Made by a program: the position numbers and the translations under genes. DNA of 64,000 nucleotides from Azolla caroliniana (Eukaryota > Plantae > Polypodiophyta): the NCBI GenBank assembly GCA_043228905.1, contig JBHGNT010000007.1, positions 15,624,001-15,688,000 of the forward strand. The letters are read 5' to 3'. The first letter of the stretch is position 1, and each line of letters begins with the position of its first letter. A model generated the notes under the pieces. The model searched no databases, was not told the origin of the DNA, and worked only from the letters and a program-made list of their open reading frames with translations. Of the stretch, positions 39,931 to 53,004 are shown one piece after another.

Positions 39931-39933
<3 letters not shown>
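39753..39933 (-). mobile_element. 181-bp insert between (GA)n tracts: 3' end related to the RTEX-like LINE (truncated LINE or SINE)
   Basis: Its first ~55 bp align with 36446-36505 (tatatta.cgtctt...gagg.caaa..tg.cc...agaccaaa...attaca). Confidence 0.6.
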
Positions 39934-39987
<54 letters not shown>

Positions 39988-41040
39988 AAAACATAAAACT
40001 CTATTAAAAAAACATAATACATAGAATGTGCTTAGAGAGCACTTTTATACAAGTCCATAAAGGTCTGACAAAAGTACTGACAGGTACTTCAATGCTCACA
40101 TGAGCGACTGTCACTAACTCCCAAAAATATGCCTACGTACTAGGCTGGATCCATAGGCCTCTAATGGCCTACCGGTTTCAATATGATCCGGGGCTCTGAT
40201 CCGGCTCCTGGTTCCGGATATCATCCGGACACCGATCCGGTTCTTCGTTCTGGATATTGATTCGGCTATGGCTTATTCAGCTGATCCGGATCCGGTTGAG
40301 CTTGCTTGCTCAACACTCCCCCTCAAGATAAACTTGAGGTCGGATCGTGGTGTCAGTGTCTGCAGTAGCCCATCCTTTCCTCCGGCTGCTTCTGACGTCC
40401 TCCTGCCTTGCTCGCGCTCCTCGTTCGGTCCGGTTCTGCTTCCCATGACCCGTCGGGTTTTGCTCACCTCGTCCTCCTTGGTCGGCTTGTCTGCTTAGCA
40501 GGCCCATCTCAACTCTTTCGCTGCTATGACTCCGACGCTTGTTGACCCATTAGTTTCTCCGTATCGGTGTCCACTTCTGCTGCCTTCTCGTCCGCTTGGC
40601 CTTTAGTTGATTTGGCTCTTCCAAATCCAACTATTGAACCAGATCTTCCGAATCTGCTTCCTCTTATTCATTCCAGCTCTTGTCGGAGTTGGTGGTCTCC
40701 AACTCGCTTCAGTTTTCAGGCTCTTCACCACATCAGATCACGTCTGGGTATTGGCCTTTTTCGGTCGGCTCTGTCTTTCTTGACTCTGTTGCTGTTGCTG
40801 CTTGCTTCGACTTGTTCGGTCGACTCAGCCTCCTTTTTCTGCTCGTCTACCCCCTTGGTTCTTTCTTCCTCTCCGGCTCCTTGTCCGGTGCCATCCGTTC
40901 TCCCCCTCAAGTGCGGCACGGCGAGATGCTGTAGACCCAACATTTCGGAAAAGTGCTACAACTTGCTCGATCCGAGCGGCTTGGTGAAGATGTCGGCAAC
41001 CTGCGGATCCATATGAACATACCGAAGTTCAACTTCACCG

Positions 41041-41143
41041 TGTTAATGTTTATGTGCGGAAGCGTTACACAAAACCGGCTCGGCTGGATAGCAACAGAGA
41101 ATAAGAGGTTTAATGGAGAAACTTAATACACAGAGAGTATACG

Positions 41144-41223
<80 letters not shown>

Positions 41224-44200
41224 AGAACATAAACTCAATTCAAAAACACTCTAAAAACTCTGTACATACAACATGCTAAACAACACTATTTATACAAGTC
41301 CTCAAAAGGACTGATAGAAGTACTGACAGGTACTTCAATCCTCATACGAGAGACTGACACTAACTACGAGACAATGATTACCTAGTAGTCTAAGCTACTA
41401 CTAGGCTCCCGGTTTGCACTTGAATCTGGCTCTCCGATACGTCTCCCCGATCCGGCCGATTGTTTCTGGATACCGATCTGGCTCATCCTTCTGGATGTCG
41501 ATCTGGCTCAGGCTTATCAGCCGATCCAGATCCGATTGAGCTTGCTCGCTCAACACTCCCCCTCATGCTCAACTTGAGGTCGGATCGTGGTGTTAGTGTC
41601 TGTGGCAGCCAATTCTTCTACCCGGCTCCTTCTAGCGTTGCTCCGCCTTGCTCACGCTCCTCGTCCGGTCCGGTCCTGTTTGCCACGACCCTTCTGGGTC
41701 TGCGAACCTTGACCTCCTCGGTCAGCTTGTTTGCTCAACAGGCCCATTTCAGCTCCTTCGCTGTTATGACTTCGACGCTTGTCGACCCGTCGGTTCCTTC
41801 GTGTTGGTGTCAACTTCCGCTGCCTTCTTGTCCGGTTGGCCTTTAGTTGATCCGGCTTCTCTGAATCTTGAACCGAATCGGCTTCCAGCTCTTGTTCGAG
41901 TTGGTAGTTTCCAACTTGTCTTCCGTTTTTAGGCCCTTCACCACATCGGACCATGTTCGGGTCTTGGCCTTCTTCCGATCGGCTTTGTCCTTTTTGACTC
42001 TGCCGCCGTTACCCCTTGCTCCGACTTGTTCGGATGTACCAACTCCTTCGGTTGACTCAGCTACCTTTTTCTGCTCATCTCCCCCCTTGGTTCTTTCTTC
42101 CTCTCCAGCTCCTTGTCCGATGCCATCACCAGTGCCTGTTCGCCCCCTCAAGTGCGGCACATCGAGATGTTGTACACCAAGCATTTCGGTGAAGTGCTGC
42201 AACTTGTCCGATTTGAGCGGTTTGGTGAAGATGTCAACAACTTGCCGATCCGTGTGAACATACTGAAGTTCAACTTCACCACTCAGGACCCGCTCACGAA
42301 CAAAGTGATAATGCACTTCTATGTGCTTTGTCCGAGCAGGTTCTTGGCGAGTTGAATGTTGCTCATGTTGTCATAGTAGATCAGGATCGGGTCGGTACTT
42401 TGATCCGGAGGTCACGCAGCAGTCGCCGAAGCCAGATGGTGTGTTACCCGGGCGGCAAAGGAGTTAAAAACTAGAATGTGAAAGGAATTGTTTATTCGGA
42501 ATCTATTATAATTAAGTAGTTTATGAGATGTGAATGGACGGAACAGAATCGGTATGCCGTTCTGGATCTAGACCGGTTCCGAATAGGTGCCGGTTGGCAC
42601 CGTTTTGTACTCAGCATCGGGGACCTATATAAAGGCCCGGTTACAATGTAAAACTTTGACGGATAATTAATAGAGCTTCTTGTTTTATCTTTAAGTGTTG
42701 ATTGCCGTTCTGTACTAATTGTTCTATCATACGCGTGTATCAAGTCTAATACCATATTGCTAAGTAACCAATTAAGTCTGCTTAATCGTTGTGTCTTAAG
42801 TTATCTCGCCGTAGCACCCCTTTGGTGAAGTGTCTTCCGTAGACACCCTGTGTTAGGCCATTGTCCGACCCTAAGGAATAACAGGCTTCACAGGTGGCAT
42901 TGGTAGCGCCCCGGTATTCAGCCTCAGTGCTCGACAGAGGCACTGTTGGCTGCATTTTGCTGCTCCACGCAACAGCCACACTGCCAAGAGAAAACATGTA
43001 ACCGGAGGTGGATCGACGATCCGATGCATCACCAGCCTAGTCGGCATCGGTATATCCGACTAACTTCCTAGATATACCGTGTCAGTATAGTAGTCCCCGA
43101 TCCTTCGTGCCGCCAACATACCAGAGTATCCGGTGTGCGCACTAAAGGTGCTCGACGGTCAGCTTCTGCATGAACTGGCTGATCACTCCGACTAGGTAAC
43201 TGATGTCAGGTTGAGTGATTGTCGGGTAGATGAGGCTTCTAACAATTTTTCGGAACCGTTTCTCATCGCAGGCCGGTCCGGAGTCGAGACGTAGCTTCTG
43301 GTTCCGGTCCAGGGGTGTAGAGACAGGTCAGCATTCCGTCATGCCGAACTTATACAACATATTCAACACATAATGGTGTTGTGAGAGCAATATGCCGTCA
43401 GGGGTTCGGATCACCTCGATCCCAAGGAAATAATGAAGGTCCCCCAGGTCCTTCATCTCAAATGTGTCTGACAGTTGGGCCTTCACTCGGTCGATTTCAT
43501 TAAGTCCGGGTCCGGTGATGACTAAATCATCGACATAAAGTAGGATGCAAACCGGACTGTTCGGACCTTGCCGAATGAACAATTATGAGTCGGATTTAGA
43601 GGTCACAAACCCCATCTTACGCAACCGGTGCGTGATCTTCACATTTCAAGCTCGGGGGGCTTGTTTCAGACCGTAAAACGATATCTTAAGCTGGCACACC
43701 GCCGACTTGTTCATCTCCGACTGAAAACCGGGAGGTTGGATCATATAGACCCATTCTTTAAGGTCACCTTGAAGAAACACATTCTTCACTTCCATCTGGT
43801 GAAGATGCCATCCCCTTGCCGCAGCAACCGCCAATACTACACGAATCGTTGTCATCTTCGCTACCGGAGCGAAGGTCTCATCGTAGTTGATTCTGTGGGT
43901 CTGTGTGTATCCCTTTGCCACTAACCGGGCCTTGTACCGGTTGACTGAATCGTCGACATTGTACTTCACCTTATATACCCATTTGCAACCGATCGGTTTA
44001 CACTATCGGGGAGGGTCAACTAGGTCTTATGTGTCGTTGGCATCAAGTGCCCGCATTTCTTCCTCCATAGCAGCATGCCAATTTGCGTCTTTTGCTGCTT
44101 CTGCGTAGCTCTTCGGCTCACGCACTTCCGCCACGTTAGTCATGTATGCATAGTGATGTGCCATGTTCTCATTGTATCCGTATCTCTAGACGGGGTTCTT

Positions 44201-44852
44201 TTGGCGGATTGAGCGGCGCAACTTTTTGTTAGCCGGTTTGAGGCCCTTCTTGGCCGGTTCGGACTTCCTTTCTGAAGATCCGCCTTCTTCCTTTCCAGGG
44301 TCAGATTCGCTTTGGTCCGACCTTCACTATTGGTATCGTATTCCAACATCTTCTTCTTCCCCTTCTCTTTGCGCATGAACCGTCACCTCGGTTCCTTGCG
44401 TGGGGAGAGCACGACAGAGTCTCCAATACTCGTCGGTTCTTCATCAGATTGGTCATCCCGACTTAGCCACTCATTCGGTCCACTTAGCCGGAATGAGATC
44501 AGACTCTCAGCTAGAGTACCAAATCCTTCATCTTCTTCTTGAACCGCTCTGGGTTCACTAGCCTCATCCTCCAAAATTGGGTCTTCGTCGGGAGTTGGAG
44601 TCGGTAGGGAGTACCATGATGCCGACTCATCAAACTCGACATCTCGACTTACTCGTACTTGTTTAGTCTGAGGGTTATAACACTTATACGCCTTCTGTTC
44701 ATGCGAGTAGCCGACGAGTATGCACTTCTCCGATTTCGGATCCAGCTTCCTCCGCTTCTCATCCGGTACATGCACATATGCTATGCTTTTGAATATTCGA
44801 AGGTGTCTCAAATTCGGCTTCTGCCCGAAATACAACTCATGTGCTAACACCT
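41041..44852 (-). mobile_element. Copia element B (sister family of A): 3' LTR, PPT, RNase H, RT, integrase C-terminus; 5' half absent
   Basis: LTR 41041-41555 (TGTTAATG...CTCAACA) with internal (GA)n, homologous to but distinct from the A LTR; PPT 41556-41565; [39 protein letters not shown]. Confidence 0.82.
42442..42883. mobile_element. Solo LTR C inserted in the RNase H of element B
   Basis: TGTTACC...AATAACA termini, internal CTATATAAA; interrupts TCEA/IWLRR exactly; TSD imperfect (ggtg vs ggct). Confidence 0.7.
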
Positions 44853-47800
44853 TGTCACCGATCCGGTTTTGGATGTTTGGACTGCCTCAGCCTAGTAGAA
44901 TTTGGGCATACTCTTCTCCTCTAGCATTGCCCTTGTATCCACTTTGTATCCACCACACTCACTCACTCACACCTCTTTGTATCCACCACACTCACTCACA
45001 CCTCTTTGTATCCACCACACTCACACTTACATTCACACTCATAATCGTATAACATTACACATACATATCAACACATTACATCTTTTGTTGGGAAATCAGT
45101 TCCTCCGAATGGGATCCGACTATGAATGGAGAAGACCCGGTGAGAACCGGAAGAGAGCCGGTGAGAACTGGAAGAGAAGACAGATTTGTAAATATGTCTT
45201 GAATAAACCCATTGAGGCTATATTTGTAAATAGCCCTAAGTTCATATAACTATAAATATGACTTAGGGCAATCACTTTAGTGAGTGTGTGTGTGTGATTG
45301 TGTTGTTGTCATATTGTTGTAATTGTTGTACAGAGAGTGAGAGAGAGGGAGACAGAGAGATACAGAGTGATACCCTATTGTAACCGCCATTGTGCGAAGA
45401 AACAGAGCTCGAGGTCGTTGCCTCCAAGTTTATGATTGTACCCCCTCCCTTCATAGTGATAGTTCGGAGTTTGTGGGCTCCCGTGGTTTTTTCCCTATTA
45501 GGGTTTTCCACGTAAACATCCTGTGTTCATTTTCTTGTGTACTCTCCACTTCCTATTTCTTTGTTTGATTCTTAGAGAAGTGATTTACTACTCAGTTGTG
45601 GCCGAGTGATATTCCGCGCATTTCTCTACAAATTGGTATCAGAGCGAACAACATAGAAGATGGAAGAATTTTACGGCGGCATGCTCAAGCTCACTGGCTA
45701 CAACTACTCAGTATGGAAGTCGAAGATGAGGGACATGCTGGTGGCTAAAGATCTTTGGTTGCCGGTTCAGTTCGGGGACAAGAGACCGGATAAGATTGAC
45801 GCCACGGTGTGGGAGGTAATGGACATGAAGACGACGACATACATCCGGTGCTTTATCGACATGAGCCTGTACAACAATTTCAATGAAGAGAGCAAGGCCC
45901 ATGAACTTTGGGAGAAGATCAACATCATGTTCCAAAACAAGAATGCCGTTAATCGGGTTTCGGTATTTCGGAAGCTAGTGAGGCTCCGGTACCAAGACGA
46001 CTCCAGTATGGCGGAGCACATGAATGCCTTCCAGGGGCTGATACACCAAGCAACCTCATTGGAAGTACCTCTCCTGCTCGGTTCCCTCCCGGATAGCTGG
46101 GAGACGTTAGTTATCACGTTGGGCAACGCCGGGCCGGAAGGAAAACAACTATCCATAGCAAGAGTCAAGTCGACCTTGCTAGATGAGGAGGTGTGTCGGA
46201 AAGACAAGGAGGTGATCTCCGATTCCAAAGACCTCCTTACCGAATCGGAACGCGGAAGACAAAGGAATCGGAGTCCCCAGAACTGGGAAAAGTCAGGGAC
46301 ACGGTTAAAGTCACGGGGGAGGTCCACTTGCTTCTATTGCGGCAAGCCGGGGCACTTCCAGAAGAACTGTCGGCATTCCTGGAAAGACAAGGGGACTGAT
46401 AATACCGATTTGAAGAAGTTACCAGACTGAAACGGTTTGGATCGGTGAGGCCTGGACCGGAAGGGAACGACGGCGATCATGGCAAGTGAAGAAGAACTAA
46501 TGCTCATCACCGAGGAGAGCGAGTTGAACCTTGCCGTCGACGAGACAACATGGGTTGTCGATTCCGAAGCATCGTTCCACCTTACCCTGGACCGGAAATG
46601 CTTCTCATCCTACATAGCTGGTGAGCACGGCTGTGTCCGCATGGGGAATGAAGGGACATGCCGAATTATCGGCATAGGAGATGTGTTGTTGACGACATCA
46701 ACCAGATGCAAGTTGTTGCTGAAGGATGTCCGACACGTTCCGGAGGTTCAACTGAACTTGATATCAGCCGGTCGGCTAGATGATGAAGGCTACACAGGTA
46801 ACATCCGGAACGATGTCATGAAGTTCTGCAAAGGGAGCTTAATAGTGGCTCAAGCCTGGAAGGTCAACACACTATACTTGATAAATGCCCGGATATGCCG
46901 GGAAGAAGTGAACGTGGCATCTGACACTGCCGGTGAGCTGTGGCACAAAAGACTGTGTCACATGAGTGAGAAGGGGATGAAGAGGCTTGCCGAAGACAAC
47001 CTCATTCCGGTGAAGGACGACAACTTGAGAAGTGCACCGACTGCCTGACCGGCAAGCAAAACCGCACCTCCTTCCGGTCAAGACCACCGATGAGACGGAA
47101 TGCACCACTAGAGCTCGTGCATACCGATGTGTGTCAAGTAGACACGAAGTCACATGTTGGATCACAGTACTTCGTAACGTTCATAGATGCCACAACTGGA
47201 AGTTGTGGGTCTCACCGTTGAAGACGAAGGATCAAGTGTTATCCGTCTTCAAGGAACTCCACGCCAGAGTGGAAAGAGAAACCAGCCGGAAGCTGAAAGC
47301 GGTTAGAGCAGATAATGGAGGAGAATACCGGGGGCAGTTCGAGGAGTATTGCTAGTCGAAGGGAATCCGCTTGAGTTTACTGTGCCGAAGACGCCGGAAC
47401 TAAACGGGCTGGCCGAAAGAATGAACCGGACCATAATGGAGAGATTTCGGAGCATGCTCGCTCATGCCAAGTTACCCAAGACGTTTTGGGCTGAGGCACT
47501 GATGACGGCGACCTATGTGATAAACAGATCACCCTCAGTATCCTTGGGAGGAGACTCACCTTAGAAAGTATGGACCGGTAAAGATGTATCTTACTGGCAT
47601 CTGAAGGTGTTCAGGTGTTTCGCATATGTGCATGTGGCGAAGGACAAGAGAGCAAAGCTGGATCCGAAGTCCCAACCATGCATATTCCTTGGATATAGCG
47701 ATGATGAGTTTGGTTACCAGGTGTGGGACCTGGTCGACAAAAAGGTGTTCCGAAGTCGGGACATAGTCTTCATGGAAGACAGGACCATTGCCGACTGGGA

Positions 47801-50268
47801 ATCAGAGAAGAACGTGACGAACTCCGGATCATCATATGAAAACCGGCTTGAGGACAAAAGGATATACTCGGTTGAAAACCGGATGTTAGCTGGTAACCGG
47901 ATGACACTCGACGAACCAGCCGGATACGGATAGGAAACCGAACCGGCCGAAGAAAAAGAAGAAGAAGAAGACACCGCAACCGGACAAGATCCCGAATTGG
48001 ATTTGGATTTGGAACAAACGGAGGAACCAGCAGTCAGAAACCAAGGACAGAGATATCCTCTCCGGGAGAGAAGACCCCCCCGGAAGATTTCCGGATGCAA
48101 AGCATGTGTTGCTAACCGATGAGGGGGAGCCGGAAAGCTTTGAAGAAGCAAGGGGAGACACCGACAACCGCAAGTGGTTGAGTGCCATGCATGATGAGTT
48201 GAATCCCCTGCATGAGAACCACACATACGAATTGGTGGAGTTGCCAAAAGGAAAGAGGGCACTCCTGAACAAGTGGGTGTACAAGCTGAAACCGGGAGAC
48301 GCCGGAAATTCACCAAGGTATAAGACCCGAATCATGGTGAAGGGCTTCCAGCAGAAGAAAGGAGTGGACTTCGATAATATCTTTGCCCTGGTAGTAAAGA
48401 TGACATCCATCCGGACGGTATTGGGCATAGCGGCAAGCATGGACCTTGAGGTAGAGCAACTGGATGTCAAGACGACATTCCTACACGGAGACCTCGAAGA
48501 AGAGATCTACATGCATCAACCGGAAGGATTTGAGAAGAAAGGGAAGGAGCACATGGTGTGTCGGCTGAAGAAGAGCTTATATGGACTGAAGCAAGCTCCC
48601 CAACAATGGTACCACAAGACGCAGGACGATCACTGCGTGTTTGTGAAGAGATTTGATGGAGGAGATTTCCTGATATTGCTCTTGTATGTGGACGACATGT
48701 TGATTGTCGGACGAGACCAAGACAAGATACAGATGCTGAAGAAGGCCCTTAACCTGACCTTCTCAATGAAAGACTTGGGTCCGGCAAGACAGATACCGGG
48801 GATGCACATCATCCGGGACCGGTCAAAGAAGCAATTGTGGCTGTCACAGGAAAAGTACGTGACAAAGGTGCTTCAGCGGTTTAACATGTTAGAAGCAAAA
48901 CCGGTATGATCAACACTCCCGGAAAACTGCAGATTATCAGGTAAGCAAAGCCCGAAGACAAAGGTAGAGAAGGCAGATATGATGAAGATTCCATATGCCT
49001 CTGCGGTCGGGAGCTTGATGTACGCAATGGTGTGTACTCGACTGGATATTGGATACGTAGTCGGAGTGGTGAGTCGGTTCATGACCAACCCCAGAAAAAT
49101 GGATACTCCGGTACTTGAAGGGCAGTTCGAGTATGTGCCTCCAATTTGGCTCTGGTAAACCCCTCATGGAAGGATTTACCGATTCAGATATGTCGGTTGA
49201 TGTGGACACCAGCCAGTCAACTTCCGGATATGTCATGACCTACGCAGGGGGAGTCGTTTCGTGGTAGTAGAGGCTGCAAAAGGAGGTTGCATTGTCAACC
49301 ACGAAGGCGGAGTACATGGCAGCCGGCAAGGAAATATTATGGATGAAGGACTTCATCGGAGAGCTAGGGATCCAGCAAGAGGAATACCGTCTCTACTGCA
49401 ACAGTCAAAGTGCCATCCACCTTGCAAAGAACGCGACATACCATTCCAGAACGAAGCACATCCAACGTAGGTACCACTAGATCCGGGAGTGAGTTGAAGA
49501 TCAAGAGTTTGTGTTGACGAAAATCCACACAGAGGAGAACGGGTCGGATATGCTGACCAAGGTACTGACACCCGACAAGCTGGATGCATGCCGAAAGCAA
49601 AGTGGGCTGGTGAGACATCCCATGCCAGAGTGAATGGGGAGATTGTTGGGAAATTGGTCCCTCCTAATGGGATCCGGCTATGAATGGAGAAGACCCGGTC
49701 CGGTGAGTACCGGAAGAGATCCGGAAACCGGATCGGTGGACCCGGTGAGAACCGGAAGAGAAGACAGATTTGTAAATATGTCTTGAATAAACCCATTGAG
49801 GCTATATTTGTAAATAGCCCTAAGTTCATATAACTATAAATATGACTTAGGGCAATCACTTTTGTGAATGTGTGTGTGTGATTGTGTTGTTGTCATATTG
49901 TTGTAATTGTTGTATAGAGACTGAGAGAGAGGGAGACAGAGAGATACAGAGTGATACTCTGTTGTAACCACCACTATGCGAAGAAATAGAGCTCGAGGTC
50001 GTTGCCTCAGAGTTTTTGATTGTACCCCCCCTTCATAGTGATAGTTCGGAGTCTGTGGGTTCCCGTGGTTTTTTCCCTATTAGGGTTTTCCACGTAAACA
50101 TCCTGTGTTCATTTTCTTGTGTACTCTCCACTTCCTAGTTCTGTGTTTGATTCTTAGAGAAGTGATTTACTACTCGGTTGTGGCCGAGTGATATTCCACG
50201 CATTTCTCTACATCTTTCACCCTCACTTATCACACTTATCAATCACCCGTACATCTTGCATGGTAACA
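44853..50268. mobile_element. Solo LTR D (44853-45085 plus 50213-50268), split by element E
   Basis: TGTCACC...GGTAACA inverted termini; CA-rich internal repeats; no TSD; resembles 59876-60076. Confidence 0.6.
45086..50212 (+). mobile_element. Full-length Ty1/Copia element E (Tnt1/Tork-like), inactivated by stops and frameshifts
   Basis: TSD TCTTT at 45081-45085 and 50213-50217; LTRs 45086-45630 and 49644-50212 (TGTTGGG...CTCTACA); PBS TGGTATCAGAGC 45634-45645; gag with CFYCGKPGHFQKNC, protease WVVDSEASFH, integrase RADNGGEY and NGLAERMNRT, RT LLYVDDML, RNase H; PPT gaatggggagat. Confidence 0.95.
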
Positions 50269-51782
50269 AATGGAAGCCGGTGTTGCTTCTCGAGTTGGCA
50301 GGCTTCACATATTTGGGCCTTCCGGCCACTAAACTTCGGCAATCCGAACACAACTTGTTTTGATTGCAGATCTTGAAGCCTCCGGTAGTTGACGTGGCCG
50401 ATCCGCTTATGCCAGAGATCAATATCCGATTCAATCTTCTGTCCTTTGGCAAACATGGCGGTGTCGATGTCATTTGTGTTGAGGATGAACATCCTCCCTT
50501 CTCTACGCCCTTGCGCGATTATCCGGCCTTCTTCCTCGATGAAGCACCCGAGGTGCGTAAACCGCACCTGCATTCCCTAGTCGACTATTTGTCTGACCGA
50601 TACCAGGTTCTTTGTGATACTCAGAACATGTAGTACATTCATCAAATTTCCCTTTTGTCCGATAGGGCTTAAAGGGACTTCTCCAACATGCACAATTGGG
50701 TGAGGGGTGTTGTCTCCGGTTTCGACAATCCCTGTTTGTTCCGGTTTCTCTAAAAACCAGAACCACTCTTCATGGCTCGTCATATGGTTAGATGCTCCGG
50801 AATCAACATACCACACTTCCTTCGGTCCGGAAGTGGTCTTCTTCATCGAGTTGGCCTTGTGCTTCATCACAAAGGCTGACCCCTTTCCGGTCTTCTTGGT
50901 TCCGAATCCTTCCGATCCTTCTACGTAGTGCGAGCTTTGCCGGTTTCCCTGTTCGGTCTTGCCGGATCCGGATTTATCCGAATCGACGCACTTCTTCCAG
51001 CACTCGCTTTCTCTCTGGCCTTTCTTGCCACAATATTAGCATTTAGTGTCGGCCTTTGCTTGCCGGTTTCCGGCATTGGCTTGACTCCCCCTGCTTGTGG
51101 AGGGTCCGGAACTGCTGTCGGCACTATCTCTGTGCCTTCGGCTCTGCTCTTGCCGGCCGCCTCCACTGCGTGCCGGCCCACCTCATCCTCCACGCCCACA
51201 GGGCCGTAACCAACATATCTCTTTGTCGGATGTTGTTTAGCTCCTGTTGGAGCTGCAACTTACGGGTTGTGGTACTCGCGACGAAAATCTTCCGAAGATT
51301 TTCCGAGGCCTCTTTTGGCGTTTTTGTATCCTTGATGTAGCAGAGCATCTGATCGTGCACACTGGACGCGAGGCAGTACAATACTCGGCTCGCTCCTTGC
51401 TCCCATGCCGGGAAGTCTTTGTGTGCCGGCTCCGGTGCTACCTCGTTGGTTCCTTACACATAGCTCCAATATCCATGCCCCAGCAGGTACTGGTGCATTT
51501 TATATGACCAGTATGATAGTTGCTCCGGTTGAGCTTTTCTATCGGAAGTGAACTTGCCATTCCTCTGTCCATCTTAGGTTCTCTTTTGTTCTTCACCGGG
51601 TGTTAGGGTTTGTCTTCACTAGTCGCTCTTCAGCTGCAAAGGTTCTCAACTCTCACGCTCTAATACCATGTGAAAGTTAGTGTACGGAGGCGTATGCCAA
51701 ACCGGCTTTGCCGGATAGTAACAGTAAAGAGAAGAAGGTTTAAATGAAACTTAACACAGAGAGTAAGCATACACATGAGAGA

Positions 51783-51815
<33 letters not shown>

Positions 51816-53004
51816 CAAAACATAAAACTCTATTAAAAAAATAACACTCTATAACTCTATACATAGAATGTGCTCAAAGAGCACTTTTATACAAGTCCAT
51901 AAAGGACTGACAGAAGTACTGACAGGTACTTCAATGCTCACATGAGTGACTGTCACTGACTCCCAAAAATATGCCTATGTACTAGGCTGGATCTGTAGGC
52001 CTCTAACGGCCTACCGGTTTCAATCTGATCCGGCTCCTGGTTTCGGATATCATCTGGACACCGATCTGGTTCACCGTTCCGGATACTGATCCGGCTCTGG
52101 CTTATTCAGCCGATCCGGATCTGGTTGAGCTTGCTTGCTCGACAAGAATGAAGGCAGTAGTTGACCAAAATTCGGTCAGGAGTTGCAAACTCAAATAATT
52201 TAAAACTTTTGAATCTTACACACCAAACCAAACCTTTAAACCAAAACAATTTGAGGGATTTTCAAGCTCAACCCAAATGGTTCACGAGATTTACAAATTG
52301 TTATGCCAAGGATTCTCAGTTTGATTGTCAGCTCAAAGTGAATTATTGGTGATTTTACTCAATTTTAACTTTTCAGTAAATGGTTGTTTTTTTAAAGTCA
52401 AAAGAAAATGAAAACCGAAAAGAATTGTTAGGCTTCAAAGTTAAAACTTCATAACACATAACATATATTACATAGTTTATAAAGTTAATTTATATATTTA
52501 ATAAACATTTGCAGCCATTATGCCAATAATGGCTCAAACTGAACCCGTGAACCCCCAAGCCAATCCAAACCAAACCCAATCAAATTGTTTACAAATCTTT
52601 GAACCTGAACCAAACTGAACTTAACTTGAATTGTTTACAAAAATTTGAGTTCTTGTTGTAAATTGGATGATCCAAGAAGACACAGGCATGGATACTAAAG
52701 AACAAACCTCTATTGGTTTGGGTCCCTAAACCCTAAACCAACATATATGGTCAGCCTCTTTACCATATGTTCATACAATGGAGATGTTGTTCACATCTCT
52801 TGATTTTGAACCTCGATATGTAGGTATTCTTCCCTGTCCAACAATAAGATTATTGAGTTTAGCTAGTATATAGCATGTTCAACTTTAAATGAATGTATTT
52901 GCAAATATTCTATGTAATAAATTTTATGTACATCATTTTACTCTTTTTGGAAAACTACAATGACTAACAATGATGGCCATGGAGGTAGATAGGGGTGTTC
53001 ACAT

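Larger units (their letters stand above)
36315..52144 (-). mobile_element. Ty1/Copia element A (host of the nest), degenerate
   Basis: 5-bp TSD AGAAT at 36310-36314 and 52145-52149; 5' LTR 51669-52144; PBS TGGTATTAGAGC 51657-51668; gag/protease 51570-50269 (WYVDSGASNHMT, LWHKRIGHVN); RNase H end and PPT 41040-40316; 3' LTR split into 36315-~36430 and ~39935-40315. Confidence 0.9.
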
